NCBI GenBank assembly: GCA_973895155.1 | Contig: OZ316899.1 | Coordinates: 5,087,241-5,151,240, forward strand | Length of the DNA: 64,000 nucleotides | Direction of reading: 5' to 3' | From: Marsupella aquatica | Lineage: Eukaryota; Plantae; Marchantiophyta | In this document: positions 26,170 to 39,855 of the stretch, piece after piece | Layout of the letters: the number at the start of each line of letters is the position of its first letter | Numbering within the stretch: the stretch's first letter is position 1 | Program-made: the position numbers and the translations under genes | The notes under the pieces: generated by a model | Database searches by the model: none | What the model saw: only the letters and a program-made list of their open reading frames with translations | Told to the model about the DNA's origin: nothing

Positions 26170-28142
26170 CTCCCCCTTTGTAACATTGGGGTTTAAATGT
26201 TACAATCAAGAGTCTACTTTGGGCATACTCAGTGGTATACAATAGGTTTTTTTTATGTCTAGCCTATTTTATAAATGGTGTAGCCATCTCAAGTTTATTA
26301 TAAATGAATGTAAAGCTTCTCCTAATAGATGTCTTATAATTCATGTTGCATGGTAAAGTATAAGTGGGGGATGTAACCTCATTAAAACCTCCCCTACTTT
26401 CTTTGTGGGAGGAAAGAGTATTACCATCCCCATGGTTGTAACATAATTGGGTTTAAGAATATAGTGTATGTGTAATTTCTACAAAGTCTCTTAAGGTGTT
26501 TGTCAACACTATAGGCTTGTTGAAGATCCTCCTTGGTTGGTGTTAGCAAAGTTGATGTTGTTTTGTGTCTTTCGTCTCTTCCCGGTCAGGCAATGAAGAT
26601 TCCTCAATGGTCATAGATTACATGCAAGGAAAAAACAAGGTATTAGTTCATAATGAAGATGATATGGTTGATTGAAATCCGTTGGCCTTGGAATCGTTTG
26701 GAGTGTCCAATCCTAGGTCTCATATATCATAGGGATTTCCTATCAAGGTATAGCGTACCATCTGTCATGGTGCCTTACCAAGTCATACCTCACCTGATAG
26801 TACCTTGTAATGTGATACCATACTTCATATGATCATATGATACCTTATTATGGAATGATGTGGGGTCTTTGATATTTCCAATTTAAGTCGTCATGACATG
26901 TCATCCAATATTGGTGATTTAATGCATTTTTCATAATTTGGCCATATGCTTCTAACTCATGGAATGTAGTTCCATTTTTTTAAATATTGATTGTTGTGAA
27001 AAGCACTTGTGCGGTAGGCACATCCCATGGGTTAAATTTCTGGGAGGCAAGTCTTGCTTGAGGTCTCCCCCTCAATTTGTCAAATATTTTTCCTTTCTAG
27101 CTGGGTGTGCAGTAGGCACCCATTTGCTTCCATGTGCAGTAGGCATAGGGCTTTTATGTGTAGTAGGCACCCCTGGGAAAAATATCTCCCCCTGAATTTA
27201 TGAAATTAATTGGTGGAAGTAATCATCATTTGTCGCCATGTAGGTTCTGTACTTTAGCTTCTTTCTTTATGTCCTTACTTCATGCTTTGTTGTTTGGTTT
27301 TTCTTTCCTTTTGAAGAGAAAGTCTCTTTGTTCTTTAGTTCTCCATTCCTTAGTGTAAAATGGTCTTCTTAGAAGAAAAGGTGGAGGGCTTTCCTTTGGT
27401 TTGATGGCTTCTCTTTGTTTGCCTCCTTTGCCCGGCGTCTCGTCTTTAGCTTGTACCACGATCTCCATCTGCACTGGACGTCCTTCTCTCTCCTGGCGTT
27501 CCTCACGTTCTCTCTTTGCTTTTTCGGGTTTGTGCTTCCTTCAATGTTCTTGGATTTATCCTCCTTGGTTTTGGTGCTTATTGTTTCTCTCCTCTGTCTC
27601 GCATTCTTTCCTTCAAAGTTTTCAGTTTCTCCCTTCGCGTTCGATCATGGACTATCTTTATATGTTCGCGATGCTGCCTGCCTTGCTCACGATCTGCGTT
27701 CGATTTTTGTAGTGTCTTCTCTCCTCCTATCTTTTCAATTGGGAATTAGGCGTATGGGTGTTCCTTATGAATCAATCTTCCGTATGAGGTCGCCTTCACG
27801 GACTGGAATTAGGAGGTCTGATGACTCGTTCCAAAACGCAGATCTCCATGAACTTACAAAATACAACAGTATTATATACTTCAAATGTGGAACTCGTGCA
27901 GACGCGTCAGTATAACCATGTATCATCTCGGTAAACGCCCAGTGTGCCTCACTTGGCCCCCGAAACCAAAACATTTTGCGCCTGTTAATTTAAGTCTCTG
28001 ATGTTGTCGCCACAAACTATTTGATCTCAGACTCGACAGCTTGTGGAATGACACCATAAGGCGTTTTTGGAAGGTCTTCAGGATCGAAGCACCTTGGCAG
28101 CATTTTTTTTGTTGCTTTGGATCCGATCGAGCACTTCGAAAT

Positions 28143-28712
28143 ATGAATCATTGGCAGGATGACAGGAAGACGCTGAAAACTATCCTGGAGGACATCGACA
28201 AGGTGCCGTCCCGTAGCGGCGACAGAGAACTCAATTTTGGAGTACCGAATGCTGAAGCCATTCAAGGTGCAGAGCCGACAAGATTTACCGCTGAATTGGG
28301 CCTCGAGTTTGAAGATCTCACGTACACTGTCGTCAAGCAGGAGAAGATCGATGGAAAATGGGAGTCCTATCCCATCGACCTTCTGCAAGGGATTTTGGGA
28401 AAGGCTATCAGAGGCCAATTGACAGGAATCATGGGACCGAGCGGTGCTGGCAAGTCCACCTTCCTGGATGCTCTGGCCGGCCGCATTGAGCAACGGAGTC
28501 TGGGCGAGACAGTGCGGCTGGATGGGCAGCAGGTGACCGGCAGCTATATCAAGCGCAATAGCGCGTACGTGATGCAGGAAGACCTTCTCTTCCCCTTTCT
28601 AACAGTTACTGAGACCTTCATGTTCGCTGCTGAGATGCGCCTCCCCACGAAGCTTTTGCACTCCGAGAAAGCTGACCATGTCCAGGCTCTAATCACGCAG
28701 CTTGGTCTTGAG
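28143..28712 (+). pseudogene. Captured first exon of a half-size ABCG transporter, STR/STR2 (stunted arbuscule)-like
   Basis: GLEFEDLTYTVVKQEKIDGKW..DLL..IMGPSGAGKSTFLDALAGRI..SAYVMQEDLLFPFLTVTETFMFAAEMRL..QLGLE (Walker A, Q-loop). It ends at a GTAAAT donor (28713). The ABC signature and transmembrane domain are absent. Confidence 0.85.
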
Positions 28713-29247
28713 GTAAATTACATGTCAATCTTTCTCTAGCATACAGCTTTGAAATCACAACTAGTACGATTTGAGCCATTACTGCTCCTGTATCTATCGT
28801 TTGAACCATTCTTAAGCGTAAGCTACGTCACATAGCAGGAGGGCAGCGTTTCTCTCCTCATATGCAGCTATTCTCTCCGTGATAGCCGAATTTCACTCCA
28901 AGATAGCTGCATCCCGTGCGGCTATCATTGGCTATCGAGCAAGGCCTGTCCCTATGAGGTCGCAATGTCCTAATCGAATTCTTCTTTTTGCTTTTTGATC
29001 GTCTTCTCTCTATTGCTGTCGTCTTGCTCTTCTTATCCTTTTCACCCTGGAGGGGAATGCTGCTTCTGTTCTTGCTGTCCTTATCGATTCCTCTCGAATG
29101 CCTTATGAATTTCTATGTCCGATTTTCTAAAGAGTGCTCTCTTGTTCGATCTCTCTTCTTCTTCTCTTCCCAAGCGTTTTCAGATTTTAATCGCCATAAC
29201 CTGTTCTCTTCTCTCCGCTCCGCTGGTGAGACAAAGTGCTGATAACG

Positions 29248-29389
29248 TGTTGTGGGATAAATGAGACAAAGAGTTGTTCCATCTGTATTCCTGGTAGAAT
29301 ATGTACATGTGGCTACAGCCTAAGTAGTTAGGGTAGTTACATAGGTAGTTATCCCAAAGGTAGACTTAACTCAGGTATGAGTTACAACA
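29248..29389 (-). repeat. 5' LTR of the non-autonomous element
   Basis: Identical to 26028-26169 and adjacent to the PBS. Confidence 0.95.
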
Positions 29390-30405
29390 GATTAGACTTT
29401 ATTGGGCCGATAACACCACCTTCCAGGTTCAGCCAAAATCATTACATTTTAGCAGCAACAGAATACACCACTAAATGGGTGGAAGCAATAGCAACTCGCA
29501 AAAATACAGCCAAGGTGACTGCAAAGTTTTTATATCAAAATATCATTACAAGGTATGGATTACCCGGAGAGTTAGTAAGCGATCAAGGTACACATTTTTT
29601 GAATAACACTATTCAGGAATTATCGGAAAATTATCAAATCAACCATTGGTTCTCAACCCCTTATTATCCACAATGCAACGGGCAAGCAGAATCTACAAAC
29701 AAAGTTCTACTGAATGTTTTAAGAAAAGTGATTAATGAGCAACAAAATGACTGGGATGTACAACTACCAGTAGCCGTATGGGCATTTTGTACAGCGTATA
29801 AAGTAACCATTTGACACACCCCATTTCAACTTATGTTTGGAGTAGAAGCTTGGATGCCATCAGAATATGAATTACCAAGTCTACAAGTGGCTACAGATTA
29901 TGATATTAACAAAAATTCAAGTTTAACCCAGCGACTAAGAGAGTTGATGGAGCTTACAGAGAAGAGAAGAAACGTAGAAGAACATCTAGAACATGTACAA
30001 GGACAGCAGAAAAGATGGATAGATGAACAGAGAGACATCACAATATTCTCTGAAGGAGAATTAGTGTTGTGGTGTAAGAAAAGGGCTCGTATAAAGAAAG
30101 GAAAATTAAAACTTAAGTGGGAGGGACCATTTATTGTACACAAGGTATGGGGAAATGGAACTTTCAATATCACTAGTCAAGACGGAAGCGAGCGACAACT
30201 GGTAAACGGAAACAAGCTCAAGTCATATCACATTCGGAATGATGTTCACTTAAGAGAGGTGGAATATGTCGTCAATAATCACGATGAGGAGGACGACAGG
30301 GAAGTCGTACAAACATTAATCATCACAACTGATTCTACGGGTTATTCCGAAGATAAGGTGGAAGGTTCCTTCACAAAATGACAAAAGGACGAATTAAGTA
30401 ATTGT

Positions 30406-33400
30406 ATGGTGGCGAGCGTGACTATCACTAATGAAGAGGTAAAGGACAGAAATAGGAAAAAGAAGCTATCACACAAAAGGAAGGCAAAGGGTACAACAGC
30501 ACGAATCGCAGAATGGTTACGATCATATGAAGAGACACGACGATTAACGGGAAAGAAATTAGATGAAACAAACAAGGAAGTGGTAAGGTACATAAATGAG
30601 CCGACATTGGGTTTAAAAACCTTAATCAAACCGTATTAGATACATTCGATTACACTATCTAAAGAGGATTTGTCTGAGATTTTTCACGTTAATGACTGGA
30701 GGTGTTTAGCGACCAATTGGCGGGAAGAAAGAAGAAAGTCGTTTCCCTATCAAGCGGTAGTTATAGGTTGCACAAACGGGTATACTTCAACATGGATAGC
30801 CACAAATACCGTACTCAAACACAATGCCATTCCCTGTATTGAGAATCACTTAACAAGGAAGTTGCATGTTTTGTTGAAAATGCACAGAAGTTGGGCGAAA
30901 GGAAAGAGGAGTGAGACCTTGACAACTATAAGAGTATTACTAAATCAGAGACCTTACTTACGCCTAGCCAGGAAGTTGAGAGCAACAGCGGAGTGGAGTG
31001 GGCATCAGAGAGAGCTGAAGTTCAAGTGGACTAGAGTTGACGCTAATCATTATTCGTTACCAGTGAAAATGAAGATGATCACGTTGAAGAGGTCAGGATC
31101 GTTTGGAGACGATAACCCCCGGAAGAAGTTGATAGTGGCTGAGTTATTGGAGACGCCAGCAATGGAAGGAAGTAACTCACAAGAAGATTTTGGTGCAGAA
31201 GCTATGGAACGCGAGGAAGGGGAGTGTTCCATAGGGATGGAAGAGACAGAGGGTTACGAAGAAGGGGAGAAATTGACTGAAGAACAAGAACCGGAGGAGC
31301 AAATACTGGAGGAAGCAACACCAATACATGAGGACCAGCCTGTAGACTTGCAGGAAGCGATCCTACAACAAAAAATACTTTTAAGGGAAGGAAAGCGAGT
31401 CAAATCACAGGAAGGAGACAATGAAGAAGAATTAGGTGATATGGATGAGAAACTATTAACGAGTAACAAGGAGAAACAAAAGGTGGAGGGATTGGAACCA
31501 GAGGCCGAGATAGAAGACTTGATCGAAGGAGCAAATGTAGATGTCGAGATTGTGGCAGTCAGCAAAGACACACCACCCAACGTTGAAACGGCAATTTCCA
31601 AGAGGTTAAGATTGAGGCAAGCCAAAACGATTAAGGGTAAAGCGCAGAGTCAAGTAAACAAATCAGAGGAAGAGGGAATTGAAGAGGAGTCTACAAAGGA
31701 AGAAGAGGAATTGGTTGCGAAGCGTGGAAACAAAAAGCAAGTAAAGAAAGATCGCAACACGGGGAAGCATGTACTCAAGTTTGAAGGGATGGTACCACAC
31801 ATATTGGAGAACATGAGGAGCGATAGTCATAAATTGTTCTTGAGAAATCAAGGACTCGAAGAGTTTGTATACTCGGAATGGGCAACGACCACCGATCTGG
31901 GATCAAAAGATTACAACAAGTTCATAAACACATGGACGGCTTCAGGAAATCAGGGGCACGGCAGGGGAAAACCAATCAAGACTGACCAGGGAACTTTGCG
32001 AGAACTATTCAAGTTACCAACCAGAGGAGCCAAATTCAAGAAAAGGATGGGGAAAACATGGCAGTCGACTTCGTTCCCCCAACACAAAGAAGTAGATGAT
32101 ACCAGAGGCTACTAGACGCGACAGTGCACCGATGATAAGATCAAGGAAAGATTAGAGTTTGTGACTCATGCTTTGCACTGGAAGTGCCCAAGGTTGGAGT
32201 ACCCACGGTTCATGATAAAGATCGTGGAGGAAGGCGATGGTAAACAAAAGAATTGGGCATCATTTTTCCACGAGGGCCTTCATTCAGCACTTAAACAAGC
32301 GAAGAAACTTATCGCAACCAGAAGCTATCTACCAACAGAAATTGAGTCACATTTTCAGGTTCTAATCGGGGAGCAGCTAAAGAGGACGACCACACGGGTA
32401 CAGAAGAGTAAACCTCGGCTAATGATGGAGAAACCAGGCACGACGGATGACCAAAAGCGCAAGAGTGCAGCTACATAAGAGGAAACAACCAAGGGTGGAG
32501 GAGGATCCCAAATGAAGCAACTTGGGAAAGGGAAGAAGCGAATCATAGAAGCAGCCAAACATAAATCAATGAAGGAAAACCAAGAGGAGAAGGAGGAAAC
32601 ATGGGGTAAATTCTTCAGTGATAGAAACCGGAGAGTAAAAGGTACAAACTTTGACAAAAGCAGTTCCGAGGCCATAGATGATACCGACATTAGATACGCA
32701 ACGGAAACTTGTTCCACACCTGAGGTACAGACGGTACAAAGTGTAATTGGGATCAAGAAGCTGAGAGAAGAGATTGAAAACATTAGAAGAAGCAACATCT
32801 TCACCACCATGACGAGACAGATCATTCGGCAGGTAGCAATCTACCAAGGGATGAGCAACGCACTGGACCAACATTTCTGGAACGGTAGAGAACAGGAATT
32901 CATTGCAGCAAATGCAAAGGCAGAAGAGCTAGAGAAGAAAACATCGAAGAATCAGCAGATTATGGAGAAGCTGTCAATGGAAGTAGAGAGACTACAAAAG
33001 AAAGAGGACAGCATTGCAACTATCGAACGAGGATGGAGGCATATATGAAGAAACTGCCATGGAATCACTGGCAGAGTTTTTAGGCATGGGAACATTCCAA
33101 ACGGGAGGCTTGATGGTAAACTACAGCGATTAGGGCAGCGATTGAAGCAGAGAAGATGGAGAACCGCAAAGCACAGTTGCAATCCAAAGCGAATGCGGAG
33201 TCCTTAAAAGAGGTTAAGAAATTACAGATGCAACTCAAGGATACAGTGGGTAAGCATCAAAAAGAAGCCAGCAAGTGGGAAAAAGAGCGAAAGGAAGTCA
33301 AGGAGATAAAGTTGAACTGGGAAGAATTAGATTCCCAACTCCGTCAAAACATGGGTACAACTCTGCCAGCAGATGTAATGCTAGGGGTACACAAGGAAGC

Positions 33401-33671
33401 GTTCAACACCAAAATTGACCAATTGAGTAAGCAGTTGCACACAGTAAACAAGCGAATTGCAGAATTAGAAGCACAACTAGTGCAAGCGAAGGCTCAGCGA
33501 CCAGGCAATGAAGGGAGAATGGAGGAAGTAGAACAGCTCAGGAATGAGAATGATCAGATTTCTCAGGAATTAGAGGATAAGGAACGGTGCATTCTAGACA
33601 TGAAATCCAAAATCCGGAAGCTGAAGGCGCAAAATCGTACAACAGTAACCCCCAGCAAGAAAATGAGTTAG
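30406..33671 (+). pseudogene. Gypsy A 3' extra ORF (acidic region, globular block, coiled coil), disrupted
   Basis: Chain of same-strand ORFs between integrase and the PPT: 30406-30639, 30670-32115, 32161-32478, 32512-33048, 33156-33671. Confidence 0.7.
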
Positions 33672-33798
33672 CAGTCAAGAATCAAAGGAGAAGAGTTACG
33701 GAAGCTGTGGAGCGAACAACAAACAACGAACAGGAAACGACGGTTGACGGAGTAGTAAACGGATATCGAGGACGAATCCGTAAGTAAGTAAAGGAGAA

Positions 33799-35743
33799 TG
33801 TAAACCAAGAAAATAATTAAGTAGAATTAGTGGAGAAACGTCAAGCGAAAGATAATAGATCAAGTATTTAAGGGATCAGTGGCAGATAGAGATAGCTTAG
33901 TAAGATGGATGGGAGACTAACATTAGAAGGCACGACAATTTTTGCTATTTGGAGTAGTACCGGATTAGGGTTTTGCTATGAAGGATGCGATACCAAGCTA
34001 GGAGACGGTAGAGATTGCGCTCTAGGGGTGAAAGCAAGACAATGAAGGCAAAGGGGAGAAGAACAATCCAACGTTTTCAGTAGGGATCGAGGCACTCATT
34101 TTTGCAAGCTCATAGGAGAGGGGAAGCCCATGTTTTGATTTATGATCCGCCTTAGGGAGGGAGACTGCCGAGTATGGAATGAAGCAGGGCAGTAGCTTTT
34201 CGGCATGAATGGTGAAACTTTTCAACAACAGTTGACTACTCAAGAAGTTGTTGAAGAATTTTGCAGGGGAGTCATGTCATCAAAGTGGAACCTAACGTTG
34301 GGACGAGAACTCGATCAACGACAACGTCACTGCGGGAGGCTAATCGCCGCTGAATGAGTAATTGTTTTTTGGAACAGTAGTGAACCAGAAGATCCATTGA
34401 ATGTCTATCATGTGACATCAGAATTGAGAAGCTTAACCATTGGCAGTTCAGAAACCATGACTCCAACCACCAATCGCTTACAGAGATGTTCGATGCAGTA
34501 GTCTTAGTGGAACAGAGTATACCAACCGGAAACTACGGATTGCGGTTTAGTAACCGCAAAATAGCAGTTTATTAACTGCTATGCAGTTATGTTCGATTAG
34601 TAAGTTAGATAACCATTTTTGTTAGTCGGACAGTTGGAAACCGATAATTTTGCCGGAAGATAGTATTTAAGGCAGGCAAGAGCGTAGAATAGGGTGTCAC
34701 TTTTGCAATTGGTAATCTGATTGAAAGGCGAAGCCAGACTTTCCTTAAGATGATCAGTAGATCTGTTTAAGTGTTCCCTACTCAGATGTGAGTAGAATTT
34801 TTGATGTTGAGAAGTAAAGAAATCATTATGATACAACCTGATGAATTGTTCGTGGATGAGTACATTGTTGAGAGAGTCTACAGAAAGAGACGGTGATTGA
34901 CTACGAGAGTAAGAATTGAAAGTGAAGGGATTTAGAAATTGAGGAGAGGGAAAATTAAAGAGAAGATTGAGTAAGACAATCAGAATTATAAAGAAAGTTG
35001 AATCTGTTAAAATTATAAACCAAGGATTAGACAGAAGTATGTTAAGACGGTCATAGTCCAACCGCAGGAATGAATGAGGATTAATTCACTCAGAGTGAAC
35101 ACGTTGAGGAGTAACACCTTACGAAATCAATCCAACAGACAACTCATAAGCAGTGGAGTCTGGCTGAAGTGTGTGTGTTTCGAGAATGACAATCTAATTG
35201 TCATACACCTGCAGCATAACGGAGTAATCGTTGAATTGATATTCTACTTACGAATAGCCTTTCTTGATCTACTCCGTAGCATAAGTAATTGATCAAACTC
35301 CTGGTGGGAGCATCAATGAGACGATTGGATCTAATCAGATCACAATCACTGGAAGCATGAATACTAGCAACAAAGATAGGAAGAATTCCTCACTAATTAG
35401 GCTCAAGCCAATTGAACTGTGGATCTGTTCGATTGGTTTGCATCTAATTACTCGTCGGTTAAGGGAAGAGAGTATTCCAATTTGTATTTTTACTTATCGT
35501 GAGGGGTGTGGATTTATAGAAATTGTATAGAGGGAAGGATTAGTATTAACTGAGTTGATTGTACCCAGGAAGTGGAAAGAAGAAGTAGACATCAAAGAAC
35601 ATTCAGCGGAAATTACATGTTCATAATATGAAAACGATTTACTAGATTACCCTGTTGTTGGACGAGTAATCGGTTAATACAAACGCGAATGAATAGAGAA
35701 GGGTTAAGTTGAGTTAATCGTAGGGAAGAATTAGTGTTTAACA
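33799..35743 (+). repeat. 3' LTR of Gypsy A
   Basis: TGTAAACC...TTTAACA, followed by TSD GCTAC. Confidence 0.95.
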
Positions 35744-35748
35744 GCTAC

Positions 35749-38700
35749 GTGTACCCATTGATGGAGGATCAGGGGTATGTATTATGATTGATTCAACCGC
35801 AATTGGATGGGGGTTAACACCAGAGAGTACTGGAAGAGTGTTAAATATGGCCAATGCCTATCAGGTCATTCCCACGGGAGTCCTCACCGGCATCAAAACT
35901 GAAATCGGAGGAGTCTTGTTCAATATGATCAACTATGTGGTAATGAGGCCGGTGAACCCCACATCATTTTGGGTACTGGTTGGCAGGCAGTGGCTCTTTA
36001 TAGCCAGGGTGATCGAAGATTGGGGGAAGAAAGAATTTACCTTTGGGACCCCATCTATCATGATATCCTGGGACATCAAGGATGACGAGGTAAAGGTATC
36101 CGAGACATAGACTAATATGACAGTGGGTTAGAATCCGCCAATGACGTACGATGGTTAGAATGCCTCTTAGACCTAACCAAAGAGAGTATCTTTGGACCAG
36201 ATGTACCCCCCAGTGGACTCTGGCAGGAACCAATAGAGAGTAGTAGGGAGGAAGAAAAGGATGAAAACGCCGAGGACTACTTTGCCATTGAGTCTACCTT
36301 TTTAGTTTCAAAATTCCGGAGGAATCACTGGGAGACAATCATGTAGATACATTGACGGATGGGGGAGACGCACCTTGAGTATTGGATTTTCAACAGACGT
36401 TGTGGCAGGGCCGACAGGTTAATTGGCAACCAATTAACTTCCAAGACTCCAGCTTATAGGCCAATCACCAGGGCAGAACAAATAGAAGCACTAATGGAAG
36501 CTGGGCGAGCACAACGGCAACAACAGAAGGGAGCAAGAAGGGAGGAAGTTAAGCCGGAGCAGGATCCAAAGGAAGAAACGACATCTCAACCGCCAAATCT
36601 GTGACCGACCATGATGGAAGAGGGCACGTCCTCAGATAACAAAGAACTGAAGTCAATAGACTTGACTAGCAGCGCCAAGATACCAGTTTATGGTGGGATG
36701 AGACTCAAGAGGTTGGAAGCCAAGCTTGACCCAAATTTGAAAAAACAGATCAACATGATCCAAGCACGGCAATACAAGAAGATCGATATAGGAGAAGGCA
36801 GGGAACTAAACTTGGGCAGGAATTTGGCACCAGAGCTTGAGAAGGAGATCAGTGAATTTACTAGTTGACTTTTAGGACGTGTTTGCATGGAGCCACCAAG
36901 ATCCTAAGGGAGTAGACCCCAAATTAGGAGAGCACCGAATTGATCTGATGCTAGGAGCCAAGTCTCTTAGGTAGACAATTAGAAGGATGAATCCTAAGTA
37001 TTCCCTGATGGTCAAAGCATAGATTGACAAACTAGTGGAAGCAGGATTCATCACCCTAGTCCTACATTCAGACTGGGTGTCCCCAGTTGTAACTGTTCCC
37101 AAGAAGGTTGGACCAGATGGGAAGCCCAGGATACGGGTTTGTCAGGATTACAGGAAGTTGAATGAAGCCACATTAAAGGATCACTTCCCTCTACCCTTCA
37201 CTGATATGGTTCTAGACATGGTAGCAAGTCATGAATTATACTCATTCATGGAAGGGTACTTTGGTTATAACCAAATCAGGATTAGGCAATAGAACCAGAT
37301 CAAGAGTGCCTTCATCACGGAATGGGGAATTTACGTCTTCAATCGTATGCCGTTTGGCCTCTGTAATGCGCTAGCAATGTTCCAAAGGTTGATGGTGAAC
37401 ATTTTTCATGACTACCTGAGAAAGTTCATGGAGATTTTCATTGACGATTTTGCAGTGTTTGGGAAACCATCGAAACATGCTAAATACCTCAAGAAGACTT
37501 TCATGAGATGTAGGGAGGTGGGCCTCAAATTACACCCTGAATAAATGTTTCTTTGGAGTAACGGAGGGGGTGCTACTCGGTCACAAGGTATCAAAGAAAG
37601 GTATTGAGATTGACAAGGGCAAACTTGCAGTATGGCTGGATATGCAACCTAAGAACATAAAGGATGTTCAATCCTTCTTGGGATGCATTGGCTATTATCG
37701 TAGATTCATCAAAGATTTTGCCAAACTAGCATTACCCTTGACAAATATGCTCAAAGTAGGAGCAGACTTTGAACCCACACCAGAGAGAGTGACAGCAGTA
37801 ATTGAATTGAAACAAATGCTAGTTGAGGCCCCAATCATGATAGCTCCAGACTGGAACAAGGAATTTCATGTCTTTGTAGATGTTTCAGGCTTCTGTATCG
37901 GTTCAGTACTAAGTCAATTGGATGAGAAAGGAAGGGATCATCCCATATACTATGTGAGCCGCCAGCTTGCCGATGCCGAGAGAAATTACTCAACCACAGA
38001 AAGGGAAGCTTTAGGAGTCATTTACTCTTGCAAAAAGTTTAGGCATTATCTACTAGGTTATAAGGTAATCTTTCATACCGATCATGAAAGTTTAAAGTAC
38101 CTAGTGAATAAACCAGATCTTACGGGCAGAGTGGCAAGATGGATACTACTATTATAGGAATTTGACTATGAGTTAAAAATCAAGCCGGGGAAACTCATGC
38201 CAATGCCAACTTCTTTTCAAGAATTGCAGGAGAACCACCTACGGATTGCATCGACGACCAATTTCCAGACGAAGAGCTATTCATAGTGGAAGTTACAAAT
38301 ACCTGGTACCCCAATATATTACGATTTCTCAGTACATCAAGGTTACAAGTAGGGGTAAGCCAAGAACACGCCACAGTTTTTTTACGGAAGGTCAGGCAGT
38401 ATCAGTGCATTAAAGGCATCTTACACAAGCATGGAGTCAATGGAAAAATTCAAAGGTGTTTGGAACAGGGTGAAGTGAAGAGGGTCTTACAGGCTATGCA
38501 TGGAGAAGAGGCCGGGGGACATTTTGCACCAGTAACCACGTCTAAAAAAAAATTAGATGTCGGCTACTGGTGGCCGACCCTACATAAGGATGTACACCAG
38601 TTCATCAAGCAATGTGATCCTTGCCAGAGAGCGGGAGGGCCAAGGGCAGCCACTAGACATCCACTACACCCCATTCTACCTTTGGCCCATTTGAGAAGTG

Positions 38701-39600
38701 GGGTATTGATTACATTGGGCCCCTGAAACCCATAACTCATCCTCGAAGAAACAAATACATCATCTTGGCTACGGATTATGCAACTAAGTGGGTGGAGGCC
38801 AGGCCAACGACAAAAGACGATGCAGTCACCATGGCTCAGTTTATGTATGAGCAAATCTTTACAAGGTATGGAGCACCCCTAGAATTAGTAAGTGATAGAG
38901 GAACTCATTTCTTGAATGATATAGTCAACCGTTTAAATGAGCAATACCTAGTACGTCATCGGCCTACCACCCCTTACCACCCAAAGGCAAATGGGCTAAC
39001 CAAACAAGCAAATGGCATCATGGGTAAGATCTTAAACAAAATTGATTGGGATGACAATGAAATTGTTTGCTGCTGTCTTTGCTTACAATTTAGCCTACAA
39101 ATCCACCACAGGCCATACACCCTTCTTTTTAACTTTTGGACAGGAAGCCTTAGTACCCATACAACTTGAGATTCCTACATTTCAGGTTACAATTAAGGAA
39201 AGATCATCAGAGGAAGAAAGCTTAATAGAGCAAGAATATAAACTAGAAGCCTTAGAGGAGGAAAGAATGATTTCCGCAAAAAGAGTATAACATAGGCAGA
39301 ATACCATGAAGCAACAATACGACAAAGGGTTGAAACCAGTTAGTATTGAGACCGGAGACCTAGTATTACTCTATGACACTTGGTATAGTAAATTCCCAGG
39401 TAAACTTTACACTCGATGGCTAGGGCCCTTTAGGGTAAACATGAAGTTCTCCAACGGCTCTGTCAAGCTGGCTAACATCACAGGGTAGGTATACCCAGTT
39501 CGCATACATTACGACAGCCTAAAAAGATACTACATGGATGAAGATAAAGTTGTTCACGAGGACGCTTCACAATTAAGTGGGGAGCTATGTGATGCCTATC
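35749..39600 (+). pseudogene. Gypsy B pol (PR, RT, RNase H, integrase), heavily disrupted
   Basis: IDGGSG, RVCQDYRKLN, IFIDDF, NYSTTEREALG, ATDYATKWVEA, SDRGTHF, WLGPF. Confidence 0.92.
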
Positions 39601-39855
39601 CAGGAATCACTAGGCCATATTAGGAGTAAAAATAGGAGGGTATACAATAAACCATTAGTACGAGGGCAGAAAACCAGGGAAAACCATAAACAATTAAGGG
39701 CATACATGGAACCGGAGCCAAGGCCGAAAGAGGAGTAACGGTCACTAGGTCAAGATTAGGGTTAAGGCACGTAACCCTGGCGGCTGCCGGTAATCAATAC
39801 CAAGACATACAGCGCAGGCCGAAAGGAAGGGGGGGTAAGTCAAGGCAACCCAGGA

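Larger units (their letters stand above)
26028..29389 (-). mobile_element. Young non-autonomous LTR retroelement (Bianca-type cis signals) carrying a host gene fragment
   Basis: Two identical 142-bp LTRs (26028-26169, 29248-29389). TSD GATTA at 26023-26027 and 29390-29394. On -: PBS CGTTATCAGCAC (29236-29247) and PPT AAAGGGGGAG (26170-26179). No gag or pol. Confidence 0.95.
23098..30381 (+). pseudogene. Gypsy A pol (PR, RT, RNase H, integrase), split by the 26028-29389 insertion
   Basis: LLDGGSAVN, VCIDFRKLN, IFLDDF, NYTTTEREALA, the integrase zinc-binding H..H..C..C motif, and the restored QKWGL|DFIGP. Confidence 0.93.
16832..35743 (+). mobile_element. Ty3/Gypsy element A, structurally complete, with extra ORFs
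   Basis: Two ~1.94 kb LTRs. TSD GCTAC at 16827-16831 and 35744-35748. PBS TGGCGACCATACTGGGGA, PPT AAAGGAGAA before 33799, order gag-PR-RT-RH-INT. Confidence 0.95.

Noticed and set aside
27280-27974. Hydrophobic membrane-protein-like ORFs in the non-autonomous element
   Set aside because: T/C-rich low-complexity sequence with no motif; not the ABCG transmembrane domain.
28041-28739. Functional host ABCG gene
   Set aside because: Only the first exon is present, enclosed by LTRs, and downstream exons are absent.
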